Of a stretch of 64,000 nucleotides of DNA, positions 41,001 through 51,671 are shown in pieces; positions within the stretch are counted from its first letter, which is position 1; each line of letters starts with the position of its first letter. This DNA comes from Cenococcum geophilum (Eukaryota), in assembly GCA_050273025.1 (NCBI GenBank), contig CP158635.1, positions 29,078,001 through 29,142,000 of the forward strand, in the 5' to 3' direction. A model generated the notes under the pieces. That model was not told the origin of the DNA, searched no databases, and was given only the letters and a program-made list of their open reading frames with translations. The translations under genes were made by a program, and so were the position numbers.

Positions 41001-44000
41001 GCCGCCTATAAGGCCTATAACCCGCAACTTTTGCTATAATATAGGCAGTATAGCATTAAGAATTATCCTCTTACTGCTATTTTTAAAGCCTTTAGCATAA
41101 TCCAGGCGCTAGGATAGTATATTAGTAGGATTTATCTTACCTAGCTTATATTTAATCTTAAAATTAAACTTAGCTAGTTCCTTAGTATACTAGGCCTAGC
41201 GAGTAAATAAACTCTTAATAGTTATAAAGTACCTAAGATGATTGTAATTATAAAGCACGCGCGTTATATACGCGGCGTATTTAAGGTAATAGCGCCACGT
41301 CTTAAAGCATTACACTATAGCGAGTAGTTTTTTGTTATGCGTATTATACCATACTTCTAGGCTAGTAAGCTTCTAACTATAATAAGTAATTAGGTGCTAG
41401 TAGAGTTAATCTTCCTACCCTAAAAGCTATAGAAGTATACCACTATAGGCATAGTTAAAAGCGTTAGTAATTACCATTAGGGGTAGATTAAGGTCGAAGT
41501 GGCGAAGTAGAGAAGCCTATATAAATATAGCGCGTAGCTTACGGAACGCCTACTACGCGTTATTAGGCTAGGACCAGGGTTAATACTATTTAGTAGGCCC
41601 TTTTAACTTATACTTCTTCTTCTTCTCCCTATTTAACGTTAGGTCGCGATATACCTATATAAGATATGCGTGTAGGGGGTATACGGTATCTAAGTAGTTC
41701 TAGATAAATCGCCTATAGAAGTTAGTAAAGCTAAGGAAGACCTAGATATCTCTATAGGACTTAGGCTTAGGCTATTCCTTAATAGCTTTTACGCGGTTAG
41801 GGTCTATTATAATACCCCTAGGGGTAATAATAAAGCCTAGGAACTTAACGTTCTTAGTATAAAAGATATATTTTAATAGTTTAGCGTATAGGCCCTAAGC
41901 GCGGAGCTGTTACAGTACCTACTTAACGTGCTTAACGTGCTTATCCTTATTATTTAAGTAGATAAGAATATTATCTAGGTAAACTATATAGATGGTATCC
42001 ACTAGGGTTTCTAGAGCTTTATAAATATAGCTTTAAAAAGTTATAGGGGCGTTAGTAAGACTAAAGGGCATTACTAGGTACTTAAAGTAACCATAGCGTG
42101 TCTTAAATACGGTCTTCTATTTGTCTCCCTTTTTAATATAAATCCTATAGTACGTATTACGAAGATCTAGCTTTATAAATATCTTCGTATAGCTAAGCCT
42201 ATTAAAGAGCTCGCCGACTAGCGGTAGGGGGTACCGATTTTTAATTATAATCTTATTTAGGCGTCTATAGTTAACATATAGCCGCATTATACCGTCTGCT
42301 TTCGGCATAAAGAGAATGGGCACTCTAGTAGGCGACTTACTAGGCCTAATCTAGCCCTTTTTAAGAGCACTGTCTAGGTACTTTTATAAGATCTATAACT
42401 CTTTCTATAAGAGGTTATAGAGGGGCATTTATGGTAGCGTCTTACCTTCTTCTAAGTCGATTATATAGTTATACTTAGAGTTCTACAGTAGTATACTTGC
42501 TAGCTTATTAGAGAAGATATTAATTTCCTCCTTATATACCTCTAGTAGGCCAGGGGCCATAAAGGTCAAAGCGACTATTATATAGTAGTGTGCTTCTAGG
42601 AGCTAGTAGAGAAAGGGGTGCAGCCGATATGCGTTTCGTAGGTGTACTTATATAGAGAGTATATATAGCTCTACTGTAGTATACTTAATAGTTTTAGGGT
42701 TTTGATTACCTCCCCCTTATATATAGGTAATCTGCGCCGGCACCGGAGGGTCTCTATAGGTACTCGCTACTAGTGACAATAGGTCCTCTACTATATTTAT
42801 AACTAGTGTCTCTATATCTAGAGGGTTTATATAGGTACTCGCTGCTAGTAATAATAGGTCCTCTATTATATTTATAACCGGCGTAAAGAAAGAGTCTTCT
42901 AGCTATAGCGAATAGACTATTTCACTAGCCTTAATATCTGCTAGGAGAGCGTTAAGGGTGACTATCTAGAGGTGTTTAGGGTCTAAAGTACCCTAGATAA
43001 ACTATCTAGAATGGAAGCTAATTAATAGATCTGCTTTTGCAAGCTAATCCTATCTAAGAACTATATTATAACTATTAAATGAGCCGCCCCAAAAGGTCTG
43101 CGGGCCAATAGTGCGAGAGGTACCCTAGAAGTCGCTAGTAGTAACCGTTAGATTATAAGTATCCTAGATTATTATCTAGTTATTATTAAGGAAATATATA
43201 ATAGGTTTACGTAAACGTAGCGTGTAGCGTATAGGTAGGTTAAACCTACGGACGGCCTCTTAATTAATGAGGTTAATTTAGCACCCATTGTTATATAAAG
43301 CACGTAGGCGGACTTCGCCCTAGGGCGTATCCATCGCAATATATACCACAATGCGTTTCTTTTCTCCCTCTATATTAGGCCCTAGTTGCAGTTAAGAGAG
43401 ATACGCTACTAGGGCTTTAGGTTTTCTAAAGCCTAAGCTGACTTCTCTTTATTAGCCTGCTTTTAGTGTTCCTTATAGTGGCCGCCTGCGGTCCTTTAAC
43501 TTGCCTGCGTAGCACTGGTATCTAGGGGGTCCCCTAAGCTATCTAGCTTTTAGGTAATCTTCCTGGGAGTTTACTTAGAAAAGCGTCGCCCTTTTTAGGT
43601 TCTATTCCCTAAGCCTAACTCTATAGAGCCTATGCTGCGACCGCACTTTATACGCAATAATTTGCTACTACTACTTACGCGATCTTCCGCAAGCTTTATG
43701 GTATTAAGCAATTGCTCTATATAGTGGATTTCGTTAAAGAGGTCTTTAGTAGTTCTTACCTGTTAGGTAAAGTTCTAGCGGAAGAGCTCTGCTTATAGGT
43801 GGGCTAGAAGATATAAAAACTAAAAGTTTACCTATTGCTTAGGATTAATAAAAGGGGTATATAAGAAGAGGTCCTTTAAGCTATATATACGGGCTAGGAA
43901 GACGTTAAACCTCTAGTTCTCCTTTATAATAGCTATATAGTACACTATAGCGTTATTAAAGTATCTTACTATAGGGTTCCTAATCTGGTCTTAGACTATA

Positions 44001-44885
44001 GTCTTAAATTCGTCCTATAGTAAAGGACCCTTATCCTTAGTGCCTAACCGGCAATAAACTAGTTAGGCAATTGTCTTTTCTTTTATAAGACCTTTAATGG
44101 CCTAGTATATGCGTTACTTATAGTTATAGTTAGCGTTATTAACCTTAAATCGGTTCTTAACTGCGGCGATCCACCGGTTAAAATACTGTTAAGTAGTACC
44201 GCTAATATTAGGTAGTAACTTCTTAACTAGGGCGTTGAGATTTAATTAGCGTATGCGTTTGCTATATAACTTATACTCTTTACTAAAGAGGTAATAAGAG
44301 GGCTTTGTTAAATTAATAATGCTCTATAAGTTAGCTATTTTCTTAACTAGCTTATCTAGCTCCTTTATGTTAGCGGTATTAGGTAGGACGCTAGTAACCT
44401 TACTAAGCTCCTATTAAGCCTAGGTATATAAGTTAAACTAGTCTCTAGCGTTTATAGATATCTAATTATTTTAGGATTTAGAAAATAGCTTAGATGCTAC
44501 TAGTATGCTTTTAGCGGTTTTGTCTATACTAGATCCTAAGGCGTTCTGCGGTTATATTGCTAGCGTATTACCATTAGGTATAGGCGTTGGTTTTCTTTTT
44601 AGAGGTATTATAGAAAAATTAAACCGGCTATCCTTCTAAGGGGATTAGTAAGGATTTAAATGTAAGGTAAAGATATAGATAGGGAGTCCAATAATAGAAT
44701 AATAGGTATATTATATAGACAGAGACAAATCCTTAAGGGAAAAGGAGGAGTCTATATGTGAGGTAGGAAGGGTTTTCTTTAGGTATGTGCAGAGCACATG
44801 CCTTATAGGTAAGTCACCCCTAGGTTGCCCTAGGGTCGTCCATACCTTGCGGCTATATAACTATCCACTTAGGTTTTACCTAATA
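38047..44885 (-). mobile_element. Full-length RIP-inactivated Ty3/Gypsy chromovirus (element W)
   Basis: 225-bp LTRs at 38047-38271 and 44661-44885; TSD GCACC (38042-38046, 44886-44890); polypurine tract at ~38275. RT remnant ORF 42117-42323 (PILF.PKADG.MRL.V.YRRLN...KNRYPLP); chromodomain ~WEVE.I.AH...QYL.KW at ~39290-39390. Confidence 0.93.
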
Positions 44886-44940
44886 GCACCTTAATCTATA
44901 TATTTATTATTATATTTATCTTTTTAGTTATTACTTAGTT

Positions 44941-45303
44941 TAGTAGTCTTAAGAATATTTTTATTTATTTATTTTTATGAATATATTCATTTATAACGAA
45001 TGATATGCATTGAAAAAAAAATTTCCCTTAAGAATTGAATTATTTATAAGCTTATGAATATATATATATGGATTTTTAAAGCTTTTGTTACTGGTTTTAG
45101 TAATAAATGCATGCATATTTTAGCCAAATATTTATTTAATTCATAAGTGCGCCAAAAAATTTATAATTTAAATGTATATAATAAATAGAGCTTACCTAGG
45201 CTATATTCATTACATGCATTCAAATCATGAATATTTTTGGCGCGTTTATGAATTAAATGAATATTTGGCTAAAATATGCATGCATTCATTACTAAGACCA
45301 CTG
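44941..45303. mobile_element. hAT-type MITE
   Basis: 8-bp TSD ACTTAGTT (44933-44940, 45304-45311). Termini TAGTAGTCTTA (RIP form of CAGTGGTCTTA) and TAAGACCACTG. Many ATGAAT/ATTCAT motifs; internal ~100-bp inverted repeat (45091-45191 vs 45200-45300). Confidence 0.85.
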
Positions 45304-46256
45304 ACTTAGTTTACTATATTGGCTATTATTACTAGCTACTTTACTCTCTTTTTAGCCATTATATAGTTTCTTATTAACACTATTTAATCCTTAGGGTATA
45401 GTTTTTTTCCTATATGCTTTAATTATAGTATACTAGGGGCTACTACTGCTATATAAACCGTATCTTCTATATTGCTCTTATAACTATCGTTTTTAAGGGC
45501 CTTAGTTGTCTTGGCGCGTTCCCGACGCGATTAACGCGTTAAGCCTCCTTCCGCCTCTGCCGTCTCCATCTTCCCTTTCTCAACTTGGGTACTGCGTGCT
45601 AGGGGGGGTATTATTTAAAGATAAGGTTCCTTCTGTCGTGCTCCTGGCTAGAGTGCGGCCCTCTCTTCTCACTTCCTCCTACACCAGCTTGAGAGATAGT
45701 GTAGCTCTATAGTTCCCCGCCTCTTGTCACGTGATCTGATTACCACGACTCGCCGGATTCCAACAACAATTGATAGCGATACTGAGTTTGAGGAGTTTCC
45801 TAAGAGGAGCGATCAGCATGAGTGGTGAGATGAGCAACTTAGGCTGAGTAAATTAATTGTAACACCGTAAATAACGCCAAGACTATAATATACACTGTTT
45901 TCTGAGCCTTATATATCCGGGTTGGCGTACACCTGGCCACCTGACGCCAAATCAGTCCCCAGCTGGTGTGATGTAGATTTGAGCTTAAACCCGTGCCACG
46001 CCAAACCATTGAGATCATTGATAAAGGTTCACGGTCGGCTACGGTCAAAAGTTAGGCTTTTATGGCGATGTTGGCTTGTGTCGTGCGCAGAGATTGGTCG
46101 TTTGCATCAACGGCGAGAATATAGACGGCAGATGTTTCCTTGTGGAGATTTGGTGTTCCGAGCTTAAAAACAGGGCGCAGCGACTCTTCCACTTATGAAT
46201 TCCACTCATAACAGATAACAGACCCGCCTTCTGCCACTGTTCTCCCAAAATGCGAG

Positions 46257-47712
46257 TTAGGCCGGAAATGGCCCTAACACAACATCTGTAGATGATAAAT
46301 GAACAGGATTGTCGGATAATTTTCCCTGTAACCCGCCACCTTTTGAAACCCCGCCAAATATTACCAGATAGTCCCCCTTACAATCTTCGAATGATTGATA
46401 ACCAACAGTACCTACAACCTCGACGTGAGACGGATCTAACGTAAGGTTGCAATCTTGCGCCCATAAATACCCAGTCTTGCTGCCATTAAGCATCAGTGCA
46501 AGGGTTAGAGCACTATCGCAAATCGATAAGAGTGCATTCTTAGCATCCTTGAGTATGGCATTTCTTTCTGCATTCTGGAACGAACCACCGGGTATGAAAG
46601 GTGTAAGCTTCATCCAGATGTAATTATTCAGCTCTTGGGCTTTTTCTCGACGATTGAAAAGTTGACTATCCCACGCTTTACCAATCAAGCAAGTTCGAAC
46701 GCGCCATTCCACTAGGTCGTCTAGAGATACTTCAGAAGGTTAGTCCAGTATTTCGCCGTGTACTGAGTGTTACACTGCTTACCAGTCTCTGAGGCACCTA
46801 CACTACTATAGAAAGCATTCAATTTGTTATCTGTCTCAAGGTCGAACCCAAAATACAGGCTCTTAGAAAAGCATTGCTTGTAAAGGGCTGACGCTACCAT
46901 GCTCATCACCCAGAAGTCCTTCGCCTCATTGCTTAGGCAGGAATATTTGGTGTTTTTGAGAGACGCGTTGTGGTTCGTGCAGTACTTCTTGACAAGCTGG
47001 AAGATGTCGTATCGAAGCTTTCGAAATCCTTTCTGGATTTGATCGTCGTCAAATTCTGGCGACCTGAGACTAGACCCTAGTATCACTTCCTGTAGCTTCT
47101 TGAACTTGCTATCACTTTGACGGAGCTTTTGCGTCGTGAGTCTGTTCTCTCTTTCGACTTTTAGAAACTCTTGATCGCGACTTTTCTTCTCGGATTCGGC
47201 TGTTTGAAGCATTGCTTCGAGCTCCTTGATGCGGTCTCCCTGAGAAGCGATCTTGGCGTTGCATTTGGCGGACGGGTCATCCTTTTGGATCTGACACAAT
47301 TGCATTTAGTCGAATCCTTGCGTCATACGAGTGGACTCACCGTCGGTTGAGACGTCAACTGATTTGCTTCTAGGGCGGGTTGGATTCTTGCATCAATATC
47401 TTGTAGAAGACCGTCCAGTTCGTCTCGAACTACGGCAGCCACACCTTGAACTACGGCAGCCACATCTTGGCTATCGAGTCTTCCCGGACGCGGATCACGC
47501 TCATATCCGCTCTGATCTAGATCGCGGCTAGAACTATTTAGATTTGGATCGGAGCCCCCTCTGCGATGATACAGATGCCTTATCCTCGGTTCTATAACCT
47601 GTCGAGGCCGACGGAGGTGATGCTCGCTCTCCCTCAACGAATATGCCATGCGCTCTTGGACTCTTGGCGTTGGGACAACGGATGCGAGAACGTAGTTGAA
47701 GAATGAGCTCAT
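46257..47712 (-). CDS. Hypothetical 447-aa coiled-coil protein with putative GrpE-like C-terminal domain; exons 47712-47341, 47290-46783, 46720-46257
   Basis: Three track ORFs join in frame through GT-AG introns 47340-47291 (GTGAGT..CTAA..CAG) and 46782-46721 (GTAAGC..CTAAC..TAG); 1344 nt, no internal stops. Heptad-rich segment (IASQGDRIKELEAMLQ...KFKKLQEVIL). An alternative in-frame AAG acceptor would add 3 aa. The GrpE-like call is inference. Confidence 0.85.
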
Positions 47713-48661
47713 GTGGATGGGAATTCAAGGATCTTTAGGTTTATATTGAACATTCTGAAGTAGAAGAGCAGGGTTGGTGTTAAATATACCCTTCTCCAGA
47801 ATCCAGCCTTTCCAAAAGCAGCTGATCGTGTTTAATGACGCCAAGTGTCTGCCTGGGATAACCGACGAAAGCTGCCATAGTCAGCTCCATTTTACAGCCG
47901 GAACTAGAATATCCTGAAGCAGAACCTTAGAATTTGCACGAATTGGATGCAATGAACTTGTGCAGGACTTGAAACTCTGTAGTTGTGGAGCGCCAACATC
48001 AGCCATCAATGAGGGATTTATGCACCAGTATATTTTAATACCTTAGGTCCAGATGCGCCTATATCTTGTTTTAAAGCACTTTCTAGTGGTTGATATATAT
48101 TATCCTCAGCCTTCTTGATAAACATTTGCTTGTTACGGTGACTGCATCATGCATGTTTAGCGTATTCCAGCCTTACACCCTTTTCACAAGACATTAACCC
48201 ATGATTTGTCTAGCATATTTGTAATGGCGTGCGCATTTGAAAAAAATGATAGGAGCTGGAGATATGATTCTAGGTATGCGGGTGGTGCCACGGCCTGTTT
48301 CCTCCTCCAGTGAAGCTCCGTCAGCCTTGAGGCTTTTAAGACGATCCAATTCCATTCCTTCAGAGAACGGAACCGCAGACCAGACGTGCTGTAACCGACT
48401 ACCAGTACTATGCCAAAACACCACTCTGTCTCACCTGCGTACCCCCTTGTTTCTATTGCGTATCACCCTGTTTCAGTTACGTGTCAGTCTCCCCCTTTGT
48501 TTATTGTATACACCTTCCTCGTGTATATATAGAGTCTTTAGAGCTACATTCCAAATCAAGCCGCTAGCTCAATTCACACACACTGCAAAGCTTACACGTA
48601 CCATTCTACTAATCTCCAAGTACCACATTTCCTACGGTCACTTGCTCAAAAGAAATAGAAG
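47713..48661. promoter_or_regulatory. Shared divergent intergenic region / putative bidirectional promoter (949 bp)
   Basis: Lies between the two start codons. TATA-like TATATATA at ~48524, about 140 bp upstream of the Hsp70-like ATG; AT-rich motifs at ~47740-47790 on the other side. Confidence 0.5.
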
Positions 48662-50943
48662 ATGGACCAAAGCACGAAAGAGCGTCTGTCCGAAACACTC
48701 GCAAATATCAACCTCCAAGACGATGATGGCTCTGATCGAATGGTCATTGCACTTGACTTTGGCACAACCTACAGCGGGTACGATCACGCACTCTCGATAT
48801 CCCTCTTGGGCGCTGACTGACCTATCAGGATCGCATACGCTTTCTCTTCAAAACCTGAGGAAGTTCACTGTATCCAAGAGTGGCCGGGAAGCTCGAAGAC
48901 CGTTCCCAAGTCACCCACGGTCCTCAAGTATACGAGCAAGAATAATTTTAAGTGGGGGTATGAACTAGATCGTACCGTCGAGGAGAAGATTGTAGGAATC
49001 AAACTCCTCCTCGATCCTCAGCAGAAGAGGCCCCTCTTTGACACGGCTGGAGCGGCGGCAACTAAGGCGGAGATTGCAAAGTTGGGAAAGCCACCTGCCG
49101 ATATTGCAAGCGATTATATTGCTGCAATATACAAGCACGCGCTCAAAGTGATATCTGGAAAGGTACCAAAGGCGTACCTCGACATGCTCGACAAATACTT
49201 TGTCCTCTCGGTGCCAGCCGTTTGGTCGGACAAAGCCAAGGATACCACACTGCGAGTATGCATATTAAAGGTCTCTAGAACTTGAATATTGCATTAATAA
49301 ACCCCCTTTAGGCCGCTCGAAACGCCGGAATATCCCCAGTAGAGCTGATCAAAGAGCCCGAGGCTGCAGCCATGTATACGCTACACTACCTCAAGCATCA
49401 AGGGCTAGAGGTACGAAAGCCATACGAGAAGCGTATCCTTGGTGATATACTGATTGAGTCTGTAGCTTGGAGATGCTATTACCATTTGTGACGCGGGTGG
49501 AGGGACAGTTGATCTTGTTTCATATGAGATCCTTAACCTCCATCCGCTTGAGTTAAAAGAGCTATGTCCATCAACTGGTAAGCTTCGGCGGAACATTCTC
49601 GTTGCCTCCACTTACAATAACTAGGCGGAATTGCAGGATCACTCATGATCAATAAGAGATTCGAGAACTGGGTTAAGGACATGGTTGGTGAACGAGTGTA
49701 CCTTGACCTGAAAGAAACGGATGCCTATCGCCGCGCTATGAAGGACTTTGATGAGAACATTAAGCCTTCTTTCCAAGGAACAGGTGATGAGACTGCATAC
49801 GTGAACTTCCCTATGGCGAAAATCAAGGACAACCCGTCCAAGGGTATCGCGGGAAACACGTTGACACTTACTACGTGAGTACGCTTTCCTGATTGAGGCA
49901 AATGTCAATAGCTCATTTGAATAGGAATGATTTGCGGGAAATTTTCCAGCCCGTTTTCGAGGAGATCGATAAGCTAGTAGCACAACAAGTCAACGAGGTT
50001 CGAATCAAACGAATGTCATTGAATCATCCTAAGGGCGCAGCCATCAAGGTAAAGCAACTATGGTCAGATCCACTAGGCCGTATTGGCGCTAACATACCAG
50101 GCTATCTTTCTGGTCGGCGGATTTGGAGAGAGCTTGTTTCTCAAGGAAAGTCTTATTGCAAACCACACTGGAACACAGGTTATCCAACCCAACGGCGCGT
50201 AAGTGGCCTCCTTGAAACACTGATTTGATTACAGGAACTAATGGGTGTTCAGATGGTCAGCGATCGTCAAGTAAGTTCGAAATGAAATTTGTACTGACGC
50301 ATCACTAAGCTTTCGATATAGAGGAGCTGCTTTGAGCAAACTGCCACATCAGGTCGCCGTGCTTTCTAGCGTAGCAGAACGTCACTACGGCGTTACTTGT
50401 CGGGCACTGTACGACGAAAAGGAAGACCAGGGGAGGAAGAAGATCTGGGATAGCTATGAGGGCATTTACCGCGTAGAAAAGATGACATGGTTCATAAGCA
50501 AGGCCAGCTTATCTAGGATCTGACGCTTGGATGAAGTTCTGACTGGGCCCTAGTTCGATGACCTCGAGCGCGACCGGACCATTCCCTTTTCGTTCTATCG
50601 AACATTCGACCTCGAAATGAGTTCCGATGACTACCAAATTGACGAAAATCTTGAAATGTGCTCGACAGATGTTGCCCCGGTCTACCCCACCAGTGGTAAG
50701 TCCTCAAGGAATATATTCAGATAAAGTAAGCTAATATTTCTAGCCATTCATAATAACTGCAAGCTCCATGTGGACCTCAGCAACGTCTCAAAAGATCAGT
50801 TCAAGAAGGTTTCAGGATCTAGTAAAAACTATTTGAAGCTGAATTATAAGCTTTTGGTGAGGATTGAGGGCGCTCGGATGGCTTTCTCGTTTGAGTGCGG
50901 AGGGAAGGAGTATGCCAGTATTAAAGCTGATTTTGGGAAGTAA
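48662..50943 (+). CDS. Atypical Hsp70-family (HSPA12-like, actin-fold ATPase) protein, 588 aa; exons 48662-48777, 48829-49255, 49312-49410, 49466-49577, 49625-49874, 49925-50048, 50101-50198, 50253-50270, 50322-50502, 50554-50695, 50744-50943
   Basis: Manual splicing gives a 1767-nt open frame containing VIALDFGTTYSG (phosphate 1), LSVPAVWSD, IKEPEAAA, ICDAGGGTVDL (phosphate 2), FLVGGFGES (adenosine), AWSAIVKGAAL and ERHYG. Ends ...YASIKADFGK*, with no EEVD. Nine GT-AG introns and one GC-AG intron, 47-56 nt. Confidence 0.93.
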
Positions 50944-51439
50944 GGAGAACTCGACTATAGATGCTAATGTCGAGCATCGTGCGTTAATGCTAGTCTATCT
51001 TCTGTAGTATGCGATAATTGGGAAACCGCTTGTTGTTTAATAAGACCCCATCTTACGGTAGAAAGGATGATTATTTAAAGCTTTAGTGTGGTTGAATTAG
51101 TCGGTTTGGTTTTATTTTTGAGGTAGCTGTCACTCTTTGTGAGTTATTATATTAGTATATCTTTGTATTGTTCAATGCGCTTCAATACTTATTCCATAGA
51201 ATTAAAGCCCGCATTCCATTACTTTATCACCCCCGATCCCAAAATTATAGCGTAGTGAATCTTTAAGAATCCTCTTGAACGGGACAAGCACTTAAACTGA
51301 GAATTAGATTTGTCATAGTATACTGCACATCCGGTCACCGTTTCAGAAAAGGTAGAGCCGAATGCAAATACATTAGTCTCAATTGTAACGAAGTTAAGGC
51401 TGACCAGTAGTCTCGACAGTCGGACCAGCGCTAGACGAT

Positions 51440-51662
51440 CTAGGCGCTCGTCGTAGGGGCAGAGCTCGCAGGCGTCGACGAAGCACCGGTTCGGGAAATC
51501 GTAATCGGGACACCCGCATTCGCACAAATACCCTCAAGCGTCTCAATAACCTTCTCCTGGTCGGCGGGAGCAGGGCAAGCTTCTTGGACACACGGCGCAA
51601 CGGTATGGAGTAAGCTAATCAGCCTTAAAATCGGTAAGACGGCATCCAACGCCCAGTGCGCC
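51440..51662 (-). pseudogene. Truncated, frameshifted CFEM-domain cell-surface protein gene (Ag2/PRA-like) remnant
   Basis: ALGVGCRLTDFK, then after a frame change VAPCVQEACPAPADQEKVIETLEGICANAGVPI and a Ser/Thr/Pro tail. Matches the CFEM pattern GC..TDFKCxC...PCV..AC...C..AGVPI but lacks the CxC segment and N-terminus. Confidence 0.7.
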
Positions 51663-51671
51663 ACTAGCTAC

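Larger units (their letters stand above)
34526..45715 (-). mobile_element. Tad1-like LINE (ORF1 plus endonuclease-RT ORF2), RIP-inactivated, interrupted by Gypsy W and a hAT MITE; 3' end cut by element Y
   Basis: De-RIPed GLPQGSPLSPILFLFFNADL (~35055-35110), AFVDDY (~35000), endonuclease GDFNxHDQLWGG (~36570-36605), Cys/His knuckle remnants at ~37100-37250. 5' limit approximate. Confidence 0.85.

Noticed and set aside
45839..46248. Short ORFs downstream of the coiled-coil gene
   Set aside because: 62-81 aa, overlapping, with no motifs or splice support; likely 3' UTR or intergenic.
48237..48968. 243-aa + strand ORF
   Set aside because: Out of frame with the Hsp70 motifs, and runs through the promoter and intron 1 of the spliced gene that starts at 48662.
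48662..50943. Assignment as canonical SSA/SSB/KAR2/SSC1 Hsp70
   Set aside because: Motifs (DFGTTYSG, VPAVW, CDAGGGTVD, VGGFGES) and the absence of an EEVD/HDEL tail indicate the HSPA12-like class, so no gene symbol is given.
45750..51670. Island as Starship cargo
   Set aside because: No DUF3435 tyrosine-recombinase captain or element boundary is visible in the window; cannot be excluded at a larger scale.
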